Assembly (NCBI GenBank): GCA_964270895.1
Contig: OZ185449.1
Reading direction: 5' to 3' (one strand)
Length of the DNA stretch: 64,000 bases
Origin: Podarcis filfolensis
Lineage: Eukaryota
The position numbers and the translations under genes are program-made. The notes below the pieces were generated by a model. The model had not been told where the DNA came from and did not search any database. It worked only from the letters and a program-made list of their open reading frames with translations. Shown piece after piece: positions 1 through 12,929 of the stretch. Within the stretch, counting starts at the first letter, position 1. Every line of letters begins with the position of its first letter.

Positions 1-59
1 TATATAAATTTAATTAATTAATTAATAACTTTATCTTGTTCTTGATTGTTGTAATGCTC

Positions 60-960
60 CCCAGGTTCCTACAAGGCCCGTGTCCCTTGGAAGTCATCAG
101 GTCAGTTCCTTAGCTACTTCATTGAGCCTAGACTTCCCTTAAAATCCCATCTCTTGCCACCTACTGACTTGAAGAGAGCAGCCTTTATAATCCCTTTATA
201 ATCTTACTCAAGTACATTTACACTAGACATGTGGGATAAACTATATTATCTGTAGAATCCATCCAGACCAGAATATAGACAGTTAAAAACATGAACACAT
301 ATTTAAGGAGCGTAACACCCTGAACAAATATTCTTTTTATATAGAGATTTTTTAGGATTTTAATTTCCTGACCTAACAGCTATTCTCAGTCTTCCCCCCC
401 CCCATATGCTGTATTGCTCTCATCTCATTCTTCCTTTATCTCTCACTATTCTAATATTCACTAAAATTTCCAACAGACACACAATCTGTCACTCACTCTT
501 GACTCCATCCAACATTTTGTTCCACTTTTCTACTGTCAATCATTCTTCCATGCACTCTTCTGTCATAATGATGTTGCTGTTTGTTGTATCCTTTTAGAAT
601 CTTGAAGTACTTTCTGGTTTGTTTTCTTTCTATGTTTTGGATCTTACCAAGTTTTGTCATTTTAGTTGATTAATGTATCCAGTATTCACTCTTAACTTTC
701 TACAGATTCTACCAAAATGTTTGCATCGTGAATATATAATTTTATTCTTTGATGGCTTTCTTGCTTCTGCTCTTTAAGTCTCTCTACTGCTATCAGTTGT
801 TTGATATCTTCTACTCGTTGTTCAGATCAATTGACTCCCGTGTGCCATTCTCTTCATTAGCTCTCTGTTTCTTCACTTGTTTTTCACCCTTTCAAATTTC
901 TCCATGGCCGTCTTCATCTATATAGGTAACACTTTCTGTTTCTAAATGCTACTCCTCAGA
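60..960 (-). mobile_element. Possible degenerate LINE (L1-like) fragment
   Basis: A-rich minus strand with broken coiled-coil-like translation (EQRVEDIKQLIAVERLKEQKQES); no diagnostic motif recognised. Confidence 0.25.
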
Positions 961-1174
961 ATACACAGAGATACCAGTGCTAAACCTATTATTACCATCC
1001 CTCTTTTTTACCTTTGTCCCTTCCGCTTTGCAACTCCAAGTTGTTGTTGTTTGTATACTGCCCTACATCCAAAGATGACCGGGTACTTCTCAGCATAAAA
1101 ATACAAAATGAGAACACAAAATACATAACAAAAGCAAAACAAAAAACCAACCAATAGCCTTCCTCCCACAAATA

Positions 1175-1175
<1 letters not shown>

Positions 1176-1225
<50 letters not shown>

Positions 1226-1240
1226 TATCATTATTATTTA
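1176..1240. repeat. (ATT)n/(ATC) microsatellite
   Basis: Direct tandem repeat. Confidence 0.95.
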
Positions 1241-1394
1241 TTACAATTATGGGAACGTCAGATCATCTACCCTTCAACTCTTGTTCTCTGTTTGTTATAT
1301 TCAGATCCTTCAAGAAACCACATTTGATCAGCCTGTTTCTAAGGTGTTTCGTAAATAAATAATGATAGTATAAGAATGAAATCTAGGTACATCA

Positions 1395-2827
1395 AAATAG
1401 CATTTGTTGCTTTTATTACACATTTGCATCATTACAAGGATAATCAGATAATATATTAAAATCCCTACTTTGATTTATATACAAGACATGCTACATCACA
1501 CTCCAAACTTTTGACACACATTGTATGTTAGGAAAGAAATAATGAGGTAATAAGAGTTTTTAAATGTATGATTTTCACTGTTCCTATAACGCAGCCTTAT
1601 TCAACTGGTGCCCTTCAGATGTTCTGAGTCTAGCTCTCAGCTCCAGCTAGCATGGGCAATGGTTAGGAGTGATGGGAATTGTGATCCAAAACATCTGGAG
1701 GGCACCAGGTTTGGGAAGGATGTTATAATGCAACATGTGATAAAATAATCTATTCTGGAAACTTACCTCAGCAGAATACTTGAATTCAAGTTTCTGCCAT
1801 GGACTTTATTTATAAATATAATTGCATAATCACCTTTCAATATGTATACTTGGCAATAATAGTGAAATATGGCAAATACAGTTTTTAAATTTCACATATT
1901 CTCTCTCAAAGGTCACAATCTCATGTCCAAGGGCATTTAAATAAGTTCTATATCTATATCCATCATTTGCCTGCAAAATTGGATAGTTCTTCTTGTTGTT
2001 GCAATGACTACAGAGCAGGTAATGACTCTAATGGTACAAAATAACTTGAAACCAATAAGCTATCATTTAGGTGCAAACGTATTAGTGTTGGTTACAAAAG
2101 TATACAGTGAACAAGTAACATCTAAGATGCTTCTAAAATGACCAGATGTTTAACCGAAAAATGCTGAAACTGTTTTGTTTATGAGAAATATAGCTGTGTG
2201 GTCAGTTATGGATAATGCCTAGTGCATTAATAGTGAATATAACAACCAGGACTGTTTGTCCTGTACAAAATGATTCATTGTTAAGTTCTAAGAGTGCTTT
2301 GAGACCCAAGAAGAATAGGGGATTCTATTTGTGCTGGGCACAGTGTGGACGCTTCAAAGCAGACACTACGCTCTCTCAATATCTAAAGAAGTTTAAATTA
2401 GGAACAATCTAATATACCTGTACTGGCTACATAGTTTCAAAGGATATTATTTCCTGTGTCAAATGAATTTATTATTTTTAAAAGTCTTGCTGTACAGTTT
2501 TTAATATGTCCAGTATTTGAGAATATATAAAACATACAAAAATATTCAGATGATGTGGCAGTATTTTTAGCATCTCAGCTTATCTACAGTCCGTTTTACC
2601 TGATAACTCTTTAAAAAAAACCTCTTAAGAAAAAAGGAAAAAATCATTTTGTGGTGACATTCTTAAAATCTTGTTATTTTGGTTCTGGAACGATTCTTGG
2701 AAAATACAATATACAAGTCCTCTGATTAATAGCAGTCCATGTACAATATATTACATTCTTTGCTGGTGCAAAGATGTGTTCTGGATAGCACACAAAACTG
2801 TTATATAAAAGGCTTGAGAAGTTCCTT
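1395..2827 (-). other. ANGPTL2: Predicted ANGPTL2 3' UTR with tandem poly(A) signals
   Basis: Downstream of the stop codon; minus-strand AATAAA at 2468-2473, 1805-1810 and 1412-1417. The true end is unknown. Confidence 0.55.
1592..1722. mobile_element. Palindromic hAT-type MITE within the predicted ANGPTL2 3' UTR
   Basis: About 35-bp imperfect inverted arms (CAGCCTTATTCAACTGGTGCCCTTCAGATGTT / AACATCTGGAGGGCACCAGGTTTGGGAAGGATG); decayed 8-bp TSD ctataacg/ttataatg. Confidence 0.75.
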
Positions 2828-3027
2828 TCAGTGGAATGTGTTGGGATTAGGTCTGATCATCATGATAACCTTCTTCAGTGAGTATGAGCCTCCACGGAAC
2901 TCAGCCCAATAGACACCATCTTGGTATCGACTTCGGTAGTGTCCTCCTCTGTACCAAACACCATTGAGATTCGAGTGTGCACATGCATTGTACCACCATC
3001 CCCCTTTCTGGTAATGAGCACAGTTAC
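2828..3027 (-). CDS. ANGPTL2: ANGPTL2 last coding exon
   Basis: (G)[65 protein letters not shown]; acceptor tttctattacag|; TGA at 2830-2828. Total CDS 799+194+271+200=1464 nt = 487 aa plus stop. Confidence 0.98.
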
Positions 3028-4061
3028 CTGTAATAGAAATGAGAATATCACTCTATGAATAAATGGATGAGTTAAATTTTGTGCTTTTCCATTTGCAAGG
3101 TTCTTGATGCTTCTGTCTCTCTTCAGAACAAAACCTCAGGACATGCAGAGAACTTGGCAGAGGAGGCAAGATTGGTGGCAACTACAGATATGGTTCACTA
3201 CAAAGTCAAGTCAAAAACTGGGGCTCCTTGGTGTGTGGCTTGTATTCCCTGGTTGGGCTTTTCTGCCCTTGACAGTTTCAAGTGCATCAGCTCCACCAGT
3301 TGCTTGTTGGTATGTTGCAACCTGACTGGCTACTGGAACTACTTAGCAAGCTTCTAGGAAGCCTAAATTAGGAGTGGACAGAAGGTAGATCTTGATCTGC
3401 TTGTAGATCTCTAGGTAATTGACAAAGCTTTCTTACTCCCAGTTGTTTAACAATAGAGAAGTGAAATGACTCCGCCACCCCAGTTATATTGCTGAAATGA
3501 AGGAAGCTTGGGAGAGTCAAGCTTTGGGATTCTTGTGTGGAAGGACTGTGAGTGCCATCCAGTTTCAATGACGCAGAACAAATTCCTGGGCTCACAGTTC
3601 TTTAATTCTAAGTGTATGTCTTTTCTCACTAGGGTTTGCTTGGTGGGCCCCAGGGTTTCCAATAAAAACAAAATAGATCCTGCAAGCCTGAAGTCTGCCC
3701 ATCTCTGGCTTGAGCATCTTAGGCAGTATAATATCTGGATAGGTCTCCAGGCTGTTACCTATCCTGCCATGCCTGCTCTACCCTCAGTTCCTTTTGGCTG
3801 TTTTGTCTCACCCACTTTCCTGCCTATTTTGCTACTTCTAGAAATATAGAAGCATGTCAGATGGACTGCTTGCAGAATGCCTGGGAACTCCAGACAAGGA
3901 TTTGGTTAAGAACTTATATCTGTAGTTGTACATTTGGTATGTTCCTGACATCCAGAATAATATATTTTTTCATTTTTTTTAATATATAAAAATAAAATGT
4001 TTTCATATACATTTTTATGTGCCTTCACATAGAGTTCATAGCTCATTTTAATTTTTAGTAC

Positions 4062-4332
4062 CTGTGTATACATCATGGTCTCTGTCCAGTGTAGTGAATT
4101 GCTTCCCATTGTGCCATGTGAAAGAGTCTCCAGCATTGCCGTTGTATCGGCCCAGTCGCAACTTGTAGTATTCACTTTCTGGCTCAAGTCGGAAACTGGC
4201 ATATTCAGCAAACACTTTCCGGCCTGACCAGTCTTCCATGGTTATTAACAATTTGTAGTTGCCTTGATTTGTCAGCCAATAAATATTTTCTAAGCCCAAC
4301 CAGTACTCTCCATCGATATTACCGAATCCTTG
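4062..4332 (-). CDS. ANGPTL2: ANGPTL2 coding exon 3 (fibrinogen-like domain)
   Basis: QGFGNIDGEYWLGLENIYWLTNQGNYKLL...FTTLDRDHDVYTG; acceptor ttcttctacag|CAA, donor G|gtacta; 271 nt, phase 0 to 1. Confidence 0.98.
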
Positions 4333-5694
4333 CTGTAGAAGAAAGAAAATAAAAAAGAAAATATGAATTAGCACTTGGCATTGATCTTTTGTAACACTCA
4401 TACAGTGTACTTAGCTGCAGTGAGATTGTGATGTTTCTGGGCTGACAATCTGAAAATCACCATCTGGCTCTGAACTGTGGGTCATTTTCCAAACTAAGTA
4501 GATCGCTGGCTTCCTGTGGATGTGTGCCTACCTCTTTGAATTCATGCCCTGCTGCTTCTTTCTATGTTAGTTAAAAAAATAGTCAAAGAAGATTCCTCCC
4601 TCTTTTGGTCCATGAAAATCTAAGCACACTTCACACTTCATCTTTATATCATGGGAGTCTTATTTCCGATGGCTTATTCCCAGGTTGCCTGGTGGTGTGT
4701 ATATCTTGGAACCCAATGTGTAGGGCCAATACTGTTGTTCTTTTCCTCCCAAAAATTGTCCTGCCACGAAAGGGGGATAAAGTTTGGGAGGCAAGGAACC
4801 ATGTCATTTGCACCAAAGACAGGGCTCCAAGATGCTCACTCACACACTGACATTATTCTCTACTGGAGTGACATCAGAAAAAGTCTCAGGGAACCAGCCA
4901 TTAGAATAAGGTGTGAATTGTGTCTCTGAGCTTATCCTTATATTAAACTATGTGTTTGAGCCCTCAAGGGTCTTGGACCTCAAACCAAGTTCTGCAATGG
5001 ATGGCTTGCCCTTGCACTTTTTCTGGAAAGCTATTATCAGGCACAAAGGACCTTTTTGCTGCTCCCTGCAGTCCAACCCAAATAGAATTATAGGATTGGA
5101 ACTTCTTATCTTTTCCTTTTCCATATAAATTAGCCTTTCCATAAATACTTAGAGCACATGCAAAAAGCAGTAAGCAGCTTACTACTACAGATCTTTCATG
5201 GTCTTGATTGCGTGCCTTTAAGTTATGTTACCAGACTCCTTCACCTTCATTTCAACTCCATTCTTCACTTTGACTTTAATCAACCCATCTGCAGTCCCTA
5301 TCTGCAGACCGCCTCTTTTGACTTAAATACTGCCAATACTTCAAATTGTGTGGTTTCTTGTTTCCTTGTACATTCTAATCCTTTTTAAAAACCAAATCTT
5401 TCTTTCTGATGGTTGTCCCCGCCTTATTATTTATCGATAACACTCAAGATACCAAATTCCTAGGAGAATATTGTTGAAGTCCAGCTGAAACTATATGATT
5501 AAGAGGCCCAGGGAGAATTGGTCCGTGTTTTGCTGCCTTTGACAGCGACATTTTAAATAGTTCAGGTACTCCTCCTTCTGTCATGGATGTAATCAAGTGC
5601 CCTAACTACTTCAGGTAAATTATTGTTGGAAAGACTGAAACATGAATTCAAATAATGTTTCTTAGAATAAAAACTCACAGTTGTTTGTCCTAAC

Positions 5695-5888
5695 CTTGTA
5701 AGTCTCCCAGTTCCTGAAAAAGTTGACAGATCCATCCAAACGTCTCTGAATGACTGTCCAGCCACCAGGATCTTGCCGTTGATCACACCAGACCTGCATC
5801 AATCGGTTTGTATTTTCAGGTTTCACAAGATATATGGAACTGGTGTCATGACCATCTTCTAAAGCTTGCAGGCAGTCTCTCCAAGGAC
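5695..5888 (-). CDS. ANGPTL2: ANGPTL2 coding exon 2 (start of fibrinogen-like domain)
   Basis: GPWRDCLQALEDGHDTSSIYLVKPENTNRLMQVWCDQRQDPGGWTVIQRRLDGSVNFFRNWETYK; acceptor tttttcaacaag|GT, donor AAG|gttagg; 194 nt, phase 1 to 0. Confidence 0.98.
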
Positions 5889-7552
5889 CTTGTTGAAAAA
5901 AGAAACATGTCCATAACAAACACAGTTGCACATATTTCCAATTTGTTTTCACTTCCAGATTAGAATTGAATTTTTCTTTCTTTGTGCTGTTTCATACACA
6001 GTCATACACAGAGGTAATTAGTTCACCAGACTGAGCATCCATATTTCTATGCAATGTGGACTGAAAAACAATTGTTCTAGAAAACCGTACTTCATAAAAT
6101 AATTAAAGTTCCATTGAAAATCAGTTTAGATTACATAGGTGTAGGAGAAGATGCAGTATCCTATAGTGAGCCAGATTGGAGCAATATGACATTCTGTTGC
6201 TGAGAGTCCTTTATTTGTTTATATGTTGACAGTCTATAATGTGCTTTTCAGACTATTAAGTATGCCTGTCTGTGCAACCACAGAATAGAACGCATGACAT
6301 ATTGAGTAAAACCATGCTAGTCTTTTGATCTGTCAGCTTGGGATATATTTAATTAGCCTTGGTTGCTGTGGTCCTCTAAAGCATTTTGTTCATTAAAATG
6401 CTGTAGTCAGCAATTGACTGATTATAAAATGTGAAACAGCACAATCCATTCTGCATGGGAGGATGGGGAAGTTCTTATTACTGAAAGCAGTTGTATCAAT
6501 ATGAGATGTTGCCTCTTCATTGCTAAACAGCTTCTTGGGTGGGGAGAATTGGCTCTGAGAACAGGTGTTGTGTGGTCTGTACCCAAAAGTTGAATCCCAC
6601 TCAATCCTGAATATCCCTTCAATAGTAAAAGTTTCTCTCTCGTTGTAGTCCTTTCTGCAGGAATGGACAAGCATCTTCACCACCAGAAGGATAAATCAAT
6701 CAACAGATTGTCCTCTTACGTTGACTTAAGCAACATCATTTCACATCCTCTGTGTGCATAGAGCTATAATCTGTATGAGCCTTCTCCTGCTGAGAGGTAC
6801 TCCCTGGCAGAATTAGGGAAGTGCACACTAACAATCCTGACGGGTCAGTTTTAGAAGTTTGGGTTGGGATGCAGGAGGTATTTTTCAGACTTCGATATTT
6901 TTCTGCAAATGTTTGGGTTCTATTATCTGTAGAGATATTTTCTCACCCTCCCTACCTTCACCACCCCAACCCATTTAGGTTACCGAGATGCCCAAACACA
7001 GATAACCCAGTTTAGAAGTATGAAGATAAATTAGATGCTCTGCTATTTATTGGCCATCCCAAGTGAGGTTTTTTTTTTAAAAAGTCTAGTTTGCCTGTTT
7101 GGCATCCTGTTTGTGTGTTTGCTTGTTTCTCTTCTGAACTTTGAGCAGGAATTGTTTGGACACAATTTTACTTTTTATGTTCAAACTCCAGCTCCTGTTT
7201 TCAAGAGGGCCGGGAAAGGTGCAAAATGCACTGTAATGCAACACGTCTCTTGAGTGTTCATCTGGGAAGCCTTTATTCTATTTAAGGCCACTTTGCATGT
7301 TGCAAGCTTCCTACTTTGGGACAGCTGTGCAAGAAACTACTTGTCTACCAGACTGAACAGATGGCAGTTGGAACTTGATTAAAATAGTTTTTGTTTTGTT
7401 TTTACATCTAGTTAATATATATTTATTTAAAATGAGTAGCATGAAAACTTCTTATTGTTATGAATTGCTTACTGTTTCATTTTCTTAGGGCAATAATGAA
7501 GGCATTAAGATGCAATTGCACCAACCAACAGATAAACAGTGCATATGTCTTC

Positions 7553-7580
<28 letters not shown>
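7553..7580. repeat. (CA)n microsatellite
   Basis: Direct tandem repeat. Confidence 0.95.
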
Positions 7581-7583
<3 letters not shown>

Positions 7584-8331
7584 GCTCTTGAAACCTCCAC
7601 AGAGACTGTTAAAGTTGTCTTTGGCTTCCTATGCTGTGAAAGGATTTTACAGCTGAACTGCTTGCCAGAAATAACATTGGCATGGGAATTGATAATGGTG
7701 TCAGCTATGTTGCAAGAGAGTCATAGACATTTGTATTTTCAGAAGAGAAACTAGATTTAACCTTGGGCATTTTGCGCAGGATCTGATGACTTTTATTTAG
7801 CATCCTGAGAATCTCAACAGGTTTTATGTGCAGAGATATAGGCACCCAAGCTGTTTTCAGACTAATCCCAAGGCAAGTCAGAACCCACACCTGTGATATG
7901 ACAATGGCAAACCTTCGCTGCAGTGCAAACTATGCTGTAGTCTATTGCTTATCAAGGCCCTGCAGTGAGAGAGAGGCTGAAAGGCTCAACATATCAGAAA
8001 TTTAAACTTGCCCTGGGTGTTGTGCCAAGGGCCACAATTGGTCAGTTGGTCCCGTGCCCAGGGGAACAACCACTAATTCCTGCCGCCGTTGGCCAATTTG
8101 GTGGCAGGAGGACGATTCGGCCTGCAATAGGGCAGTTCACAAGGAGGCCCGGGGCCCTCCCGCAAAACCAACCGCCTGAGAAAGGGTGAACAAACTTTCC
8201 AAACTACTGCATACCTCTGTTGGGAATCTGTTCACCACTTTTGCACTACTTGAATTTGCTGGTGTTCTAGTGGACCTTGATTTTGGAAGAGTCTCACTTA
8301 AGTTAATCTGCACTGGTGCAATATGCAATAA

Positions 8332-8706
8332 GGGATGCGGGTGGTGCTGTGGTCTAAACCACTGAGCCTCTTGGCCTTGCCAACAGAAGGTCAACAGTTC
8401 GAATCTGCAAGATGGGGTGAGCTTCCGTTGCTCTGTCCCAGCTTCTGCCAACCTAGCAGTTCGAAAGCATACCAGCGCGAGTAGATAAATAGGTACCACT
8501 GTGGCAGGAAGGTAAGTGGTGTTTCCGTGCGCTCTGGCACTCGTCATGGTCCTCTGTGCACCAGTAGCAGTTTAGTCATGCTGACCACATGACCCAGAAA
8601 GCTATCTGGACAAACGCCGACTCCTTCGCCCTGAAAAGTGAGATGAATGCTGCACCCCATAGTCACCTTTGACTGGACTTAACTGTCCAGGGGGTCCTTT
8701 ACCTTT
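8332..8706 (+). mobile_element. Full-length Sauria SINE
   Basis: tRNA-like head with A box (GGTGGTGCTGTGGT) and B box (GTTCGAATC), central AGTAGATAAATAGGTACC, 3' end ...CAGGGGGTCCTTTACCTTT. Confidence 0.85.
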
Positions 8707-9024
8707 ATATTAGTATCCACTATAATGTGCTTATAGTAAAGTAATACTGTGAATCTGGTATTTCAAGGCACCTAGAGGTATTTTTCTTCTCAGCTGTAGG
8801 ACAGCTGTGTTCTACAGAATAATGAAGAAGTCGTTTTATTTTTTAAAAAAACTTATCTCCATGTTTGGGATAAATGTTAAAATATGTGCAACGGTATGCA
8901 GAGAATGATCTATGTAGGCTTTTATCAGAGATATTATAATGATATATTTCTTGGCAGCAAAAAATAGATGTCTCTATGGGTGGTTAATAAGATGCATGCT
9001 TATATCCATATGCCAGTCGAAATT

Positions 9025-9328
9025 TACAGAATAATAGTATCTTAGAGTTGGAAGGTACCCCAGGGGTCATCTAGTCCAATCCCCTGCAATGTAGGAATGT
9101 CAGCTAAAGCATCCATGACAGATGGCCACCCAACCTCTGCTTAGAAACCTCCAAGGAAGGAGACACCTAAACCACCTGAGGGAGACTGTTCCACTGTCAA
9201 ACTGCTCTTGCGGTCAGAAAGTTTTTCCTGATGTTTAGTTGTAATCTTCTTTCTTGTAATTTGAAGCCATTGGCTTGAGTCCTACCCTCCAGAACAGGAG
9301 ATAACAAGCTTATTACATCTTCCATGTG
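9025..9328 (-). mobile_element. CR1 LINE 3' fragment
   Basis: Typical CR1 3' sequence in reverse (AGAGTTGGAAGG...GGTCATCTAGTCCAA...TGTTCCACTG...AAGTTTTTCCTGATGT). Confidence 0.75.
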
Positions 9329-9613
9329 ATTCCTTGCTTGTTCTTTTTAAAAAGCCACTTGAACCAACTTTGAGTTGTTACATTTTTATAATTTGAAGCT
9401 TTAGCAAGTATTTATCTCTACCATCATCACTCCCAAATCCTACAGATGTTGTGTTCTTAGAGTCCAAATGAACAGGAAAAATACAGATCCCCCCCCTTGT
9501 TTGTTGTTGAAATTAGAATCAGTATTTTACCAGGCTTTCATCAACGGCGAAGCAAGATATAGATTGCAGTCCTGCTGCCAGTCAAAGGATGTTTGACGTT
9601 TCACAAAACAGTA

Positions 9614-9825
9614 CAATGGATGCTCAGGTTGCGAACATGATCCATGTGGGGTGCACGTTCGCAACCCGCAGCGGCGCATCTGCGCACGCGCGGGTTGCGA
9701 TTTGGTCTTCTGCACATGCGTGACCGCCGAAACCCAGAAGTAACCCGTTCCGGTACTTCCAGGTTTTGGCAGTCCGCAACCCAAAAAAACACAACCTGAA
9801 GCGTCTGTAATTTGAGGCATGACTA
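9614..9825. mobile_element. Tc1/mariner (Tigger/pogo-like) MITE
   Basis: TA flanks, termini CAATGGATGCTC.../...GAGGCATGACTA, CpG-rich interior sharing AACCCAGAAGTAAC with the 12.7 kb copy. Confidence 0.7.
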
Positions 9826-12671
9826 TATAAATGCTGCTGTGCCAAGAGGGGGTGGTGGCATTCAGGGGGCATGCTGTAGGCAATCATGGATTTGCAGAGT
9901 CTGAAGCCTTTTGTTCTTCTGACATGGCCGCAAAATTGGCCCCAAAGCATGTCAGCCTTTTGACTGGCATTGCCATTCCTCTCCCATTGGAGTCAGTGCG
10001 AGGAAACATAAAAAATTCTACCCCTCTACCTTGATGTTTAGCAGTTGCGCTGCCTTGGAATCCCTACTCCACAATTGCTCTATTTGTTTATTAAATCAAA
10101 TTTAAAACAAAAAGACAACAGGCGCTAATAGTCACAAGAAGCAACACCGTACCCAAATACCATATTTTTTCTCAGAACATGGGAAAGAAAGCCATCAGAG
10201 GACAAATAAAATTAAACATTACATCCTAGGTAGAGTCATCCTTTCTTGAGGAAAACTTAAATTGCAGTTGAACGTCTACTGGATGCCCTGCATGTTATTC
10301 TATTCAAACTGAGGGTGTGCCCCACAACACTCGCTTACGGCAATGCATTTTAGGGTAAGTTCTTAGCATAAAGTACTTTTTAGGATGCTTCTTATCAGAA
10401 TGCTGTGATAGCCTTCAAAGAAAGGTTCATCAGGCATGGATAGTTTACTTTGTCATATGTAACAGAAATGCTTTTTATGATTAATGTAGTAATATGGCCT
10501 TCTTAATGAAAATATAATAGTGCCCCCCACCAGAACTCTTTGAGTTGTACACCCCTGGTCTACAGCTATATTAATGGAATGTTCTATGAACAATATTGCT
10601 TAATATGTATTACTATACATGAAAAACAGTGGGCCTTGTTACTGTAGTTTTTCTTGCAAAGTTACCTGATGAATGGAAATAATGGATGGAAGTGCTACAG
10701 AGGGTGCTACAAATACCACATTCTGACTGAGTTTGCAGTTGTCATGTCTTGGAGAATATTGTCATTTTCTAGTGGTGCTCTTCAAAACTCATAGAAGGCA
10801 GAGCGTATTGGTAGCGTCCCTTTGATAGTGTTTGCACAGAATAAAAGAAAGGGCCACACTAGTTTTATTTCTAAGATGTAACTGAAAATAAAATATGTTG
10901 AATTTCAGCTACAAAACTAAGATGGAGAATAAATTCAACATAAGAGGGTTGCACACCGCAGTTAAAAAATAGTAATGTAAAACAGCATACTATATTACAT
11001 ACTGGAACCTCTCTTTTTTCTCTCTCCTCCATATCTTATTTAGAGTTAAGGAGTTTGTTGCAGCTGTACTTCTTGTCACATCATTTTTTAAAAAAACCAA
11101 TGTGTCTATTTTGCAGCAATTTAATGCACTGTATGTGCACTGGGAAGTTGTGCCTAATGCCTATAGAGAGCTGCCAGAGAGAGCAGTGTTTAAGCTTATT
11201 TTTACAGGAGAATATATTTCTGCTGAGTTTCATCCTGCAATGCTCAGCATCTTTACAAAAAAAATGAATATTTGTATTCATTGGATGAAATTTCCAGACT
11301 ATCTATTAAAGCAGGCGGTGGACATCATAGTTGCACTTGAATTTTTTTTCCAGGCAAATTTTGCAATAGATAAATCCCTTTTTAGAAATGCTATAATCTC
11401 AGTTCATTCTTCCTATCCCCCTTTCCCATTGCTGATGTTTAAAAAAATAACTTATTTAAAAATGGTGGGGAAGATAAATTAATCAGATAGAGCTTTGCAA
11501 AATTGTTAGTTAAATGATACTATAGAAGGGCTTTAGGAGCTCTGCAGTTTATGATACATTTCCAGCATCTCCCTTGGAGCCAAGGACGTTTTCCATGACT
11601 GAATAAAGGAAAATACAGTTTTGTAGGTACTGCATTCAGATCCAAGTTCTTTAGAGTGGGAAGTAGGTGTCCCTAAGGAGGTGCTAGTAAGTTGGAAGAG
11701 CAAATTATTCTTGGTCCCCTGGCAGTATGAACAGTAGAAAGAATCTGTAGTAATAAGGTAATTGTTTAATCTCTCTGCAGGGGTGCAACTCTAGCTCCTG
11801 CAGGAATAACACAGTTAGAAATTTCCTGGGTAGGTGGGTTGCATCCAGCTGTTTCCAAACCTAAGCCAAGGACACTATCCTTAAATTTTAGGGAGGGTTA
11901 GGTGATTTTCTTAACATTTAGAAGCTTCATTTTGTTAAGAATTGTGAAGTTTGCCTTGGAATGATGTTTTTTTTTAAAGGTTTGCAACAACAAAAATCAC
12001 ATTTTATTTCCCTATTCTAGAAAATGTATTTCACACATTTTAGAAAATATATTTCACACAGGGTTACTTGGGCAACAAACAAAAATAATTGAAAAACTGT
12101 AGTCCTTATGTAATAGGACTCAGAATTAAAACTGGTATCTTGCAGCTAATGATGCGTTCCTGTCAGGGATGCAAACGATTGGGAGGAAAAAATGTATTAA
12201 TGCTATATTTTTGAATCTTGCGCAAGCAGTAGCAGACATCCTCTTGCAGTGCAACTATTATATTCTATGGGTTGCATCAAAGGATGAGAAACAAGGTGAG
12301 CTGAAAATACAGGCTGAAGCATATGCACGCTAGCAGGTCATCAAATGTATTGTAAGGAGCTCATACAAAGTTTTTCAGAGGAGCTTGTGCAAATGCAACA
12401 GTTTACTTGGCTCTAGGCTTGTTTTTCTCACCCAACATTCTTTACTAGCTCAAAATGGCCCTTCCATATGCAGAAAATGCTTTCTGCCAATGGAAGTGTG
12501 GTATTGGATTTAAGGTACAAATCTAGTGTTTGGTGCTGTGAATTCCTCCTATTTCTGAATAAGAAATGGTTTCTGTTCAACTGCTACCTTTTGGGATCAT
12601 GGAGAAGAAAAAGTGGGGGAAAGCTCCTATCAACCATAGAAACACAGAAATGTATTTTTATATAAATAGTA

Positions 12672-12929
12672 CAGCCATACCTCGGGTTGAAGACGCTTCG
12701 AGTTGAGCGCATTCGAGTTGTGCTCCTCAGCAACCCAGAAGTAACGGAGCGCTTTAGTTTCGGGTTTCACAGCTTGCGCATGCGCAGATGCTCAAAATGA
12801 CATCACGCGCATGCGCAGAAGCGACGAAAAGCAACGCACGTGCGCAGACGCGCCATCGCTAGTTACGTTTACCTCTAGATACGAACGGGGCTCTGGAATG
12901 GATCCCGTTCGTATCTAGAAGTACCACTG
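12672..12929. mobile_element. Tc1/mariner (Tigger/pogo-like) MITE, 258 bp
   Basis: TA TSDs at 12670-71 and 12930-31; termini CAGCCATACCTC / AAGTACCACTG; near-identical paralogue at 33320-33577. Confidence 0.85.

Noticed and set aside
992-1231. Ile-rich 79-aa ORF
   Set aside because: Translation of the (ATT)n microsatellite.
3020-3035. AG|GTAAC at the last-exon acceptor as a recursive splice site
   Set aside because: Explained by the conserved Gly-Asn-Cys codons.
8332-8420. tRNA gene
   Set aside because: The A/B boxes belong to the tRNA-derived head of a Sauria SINE.
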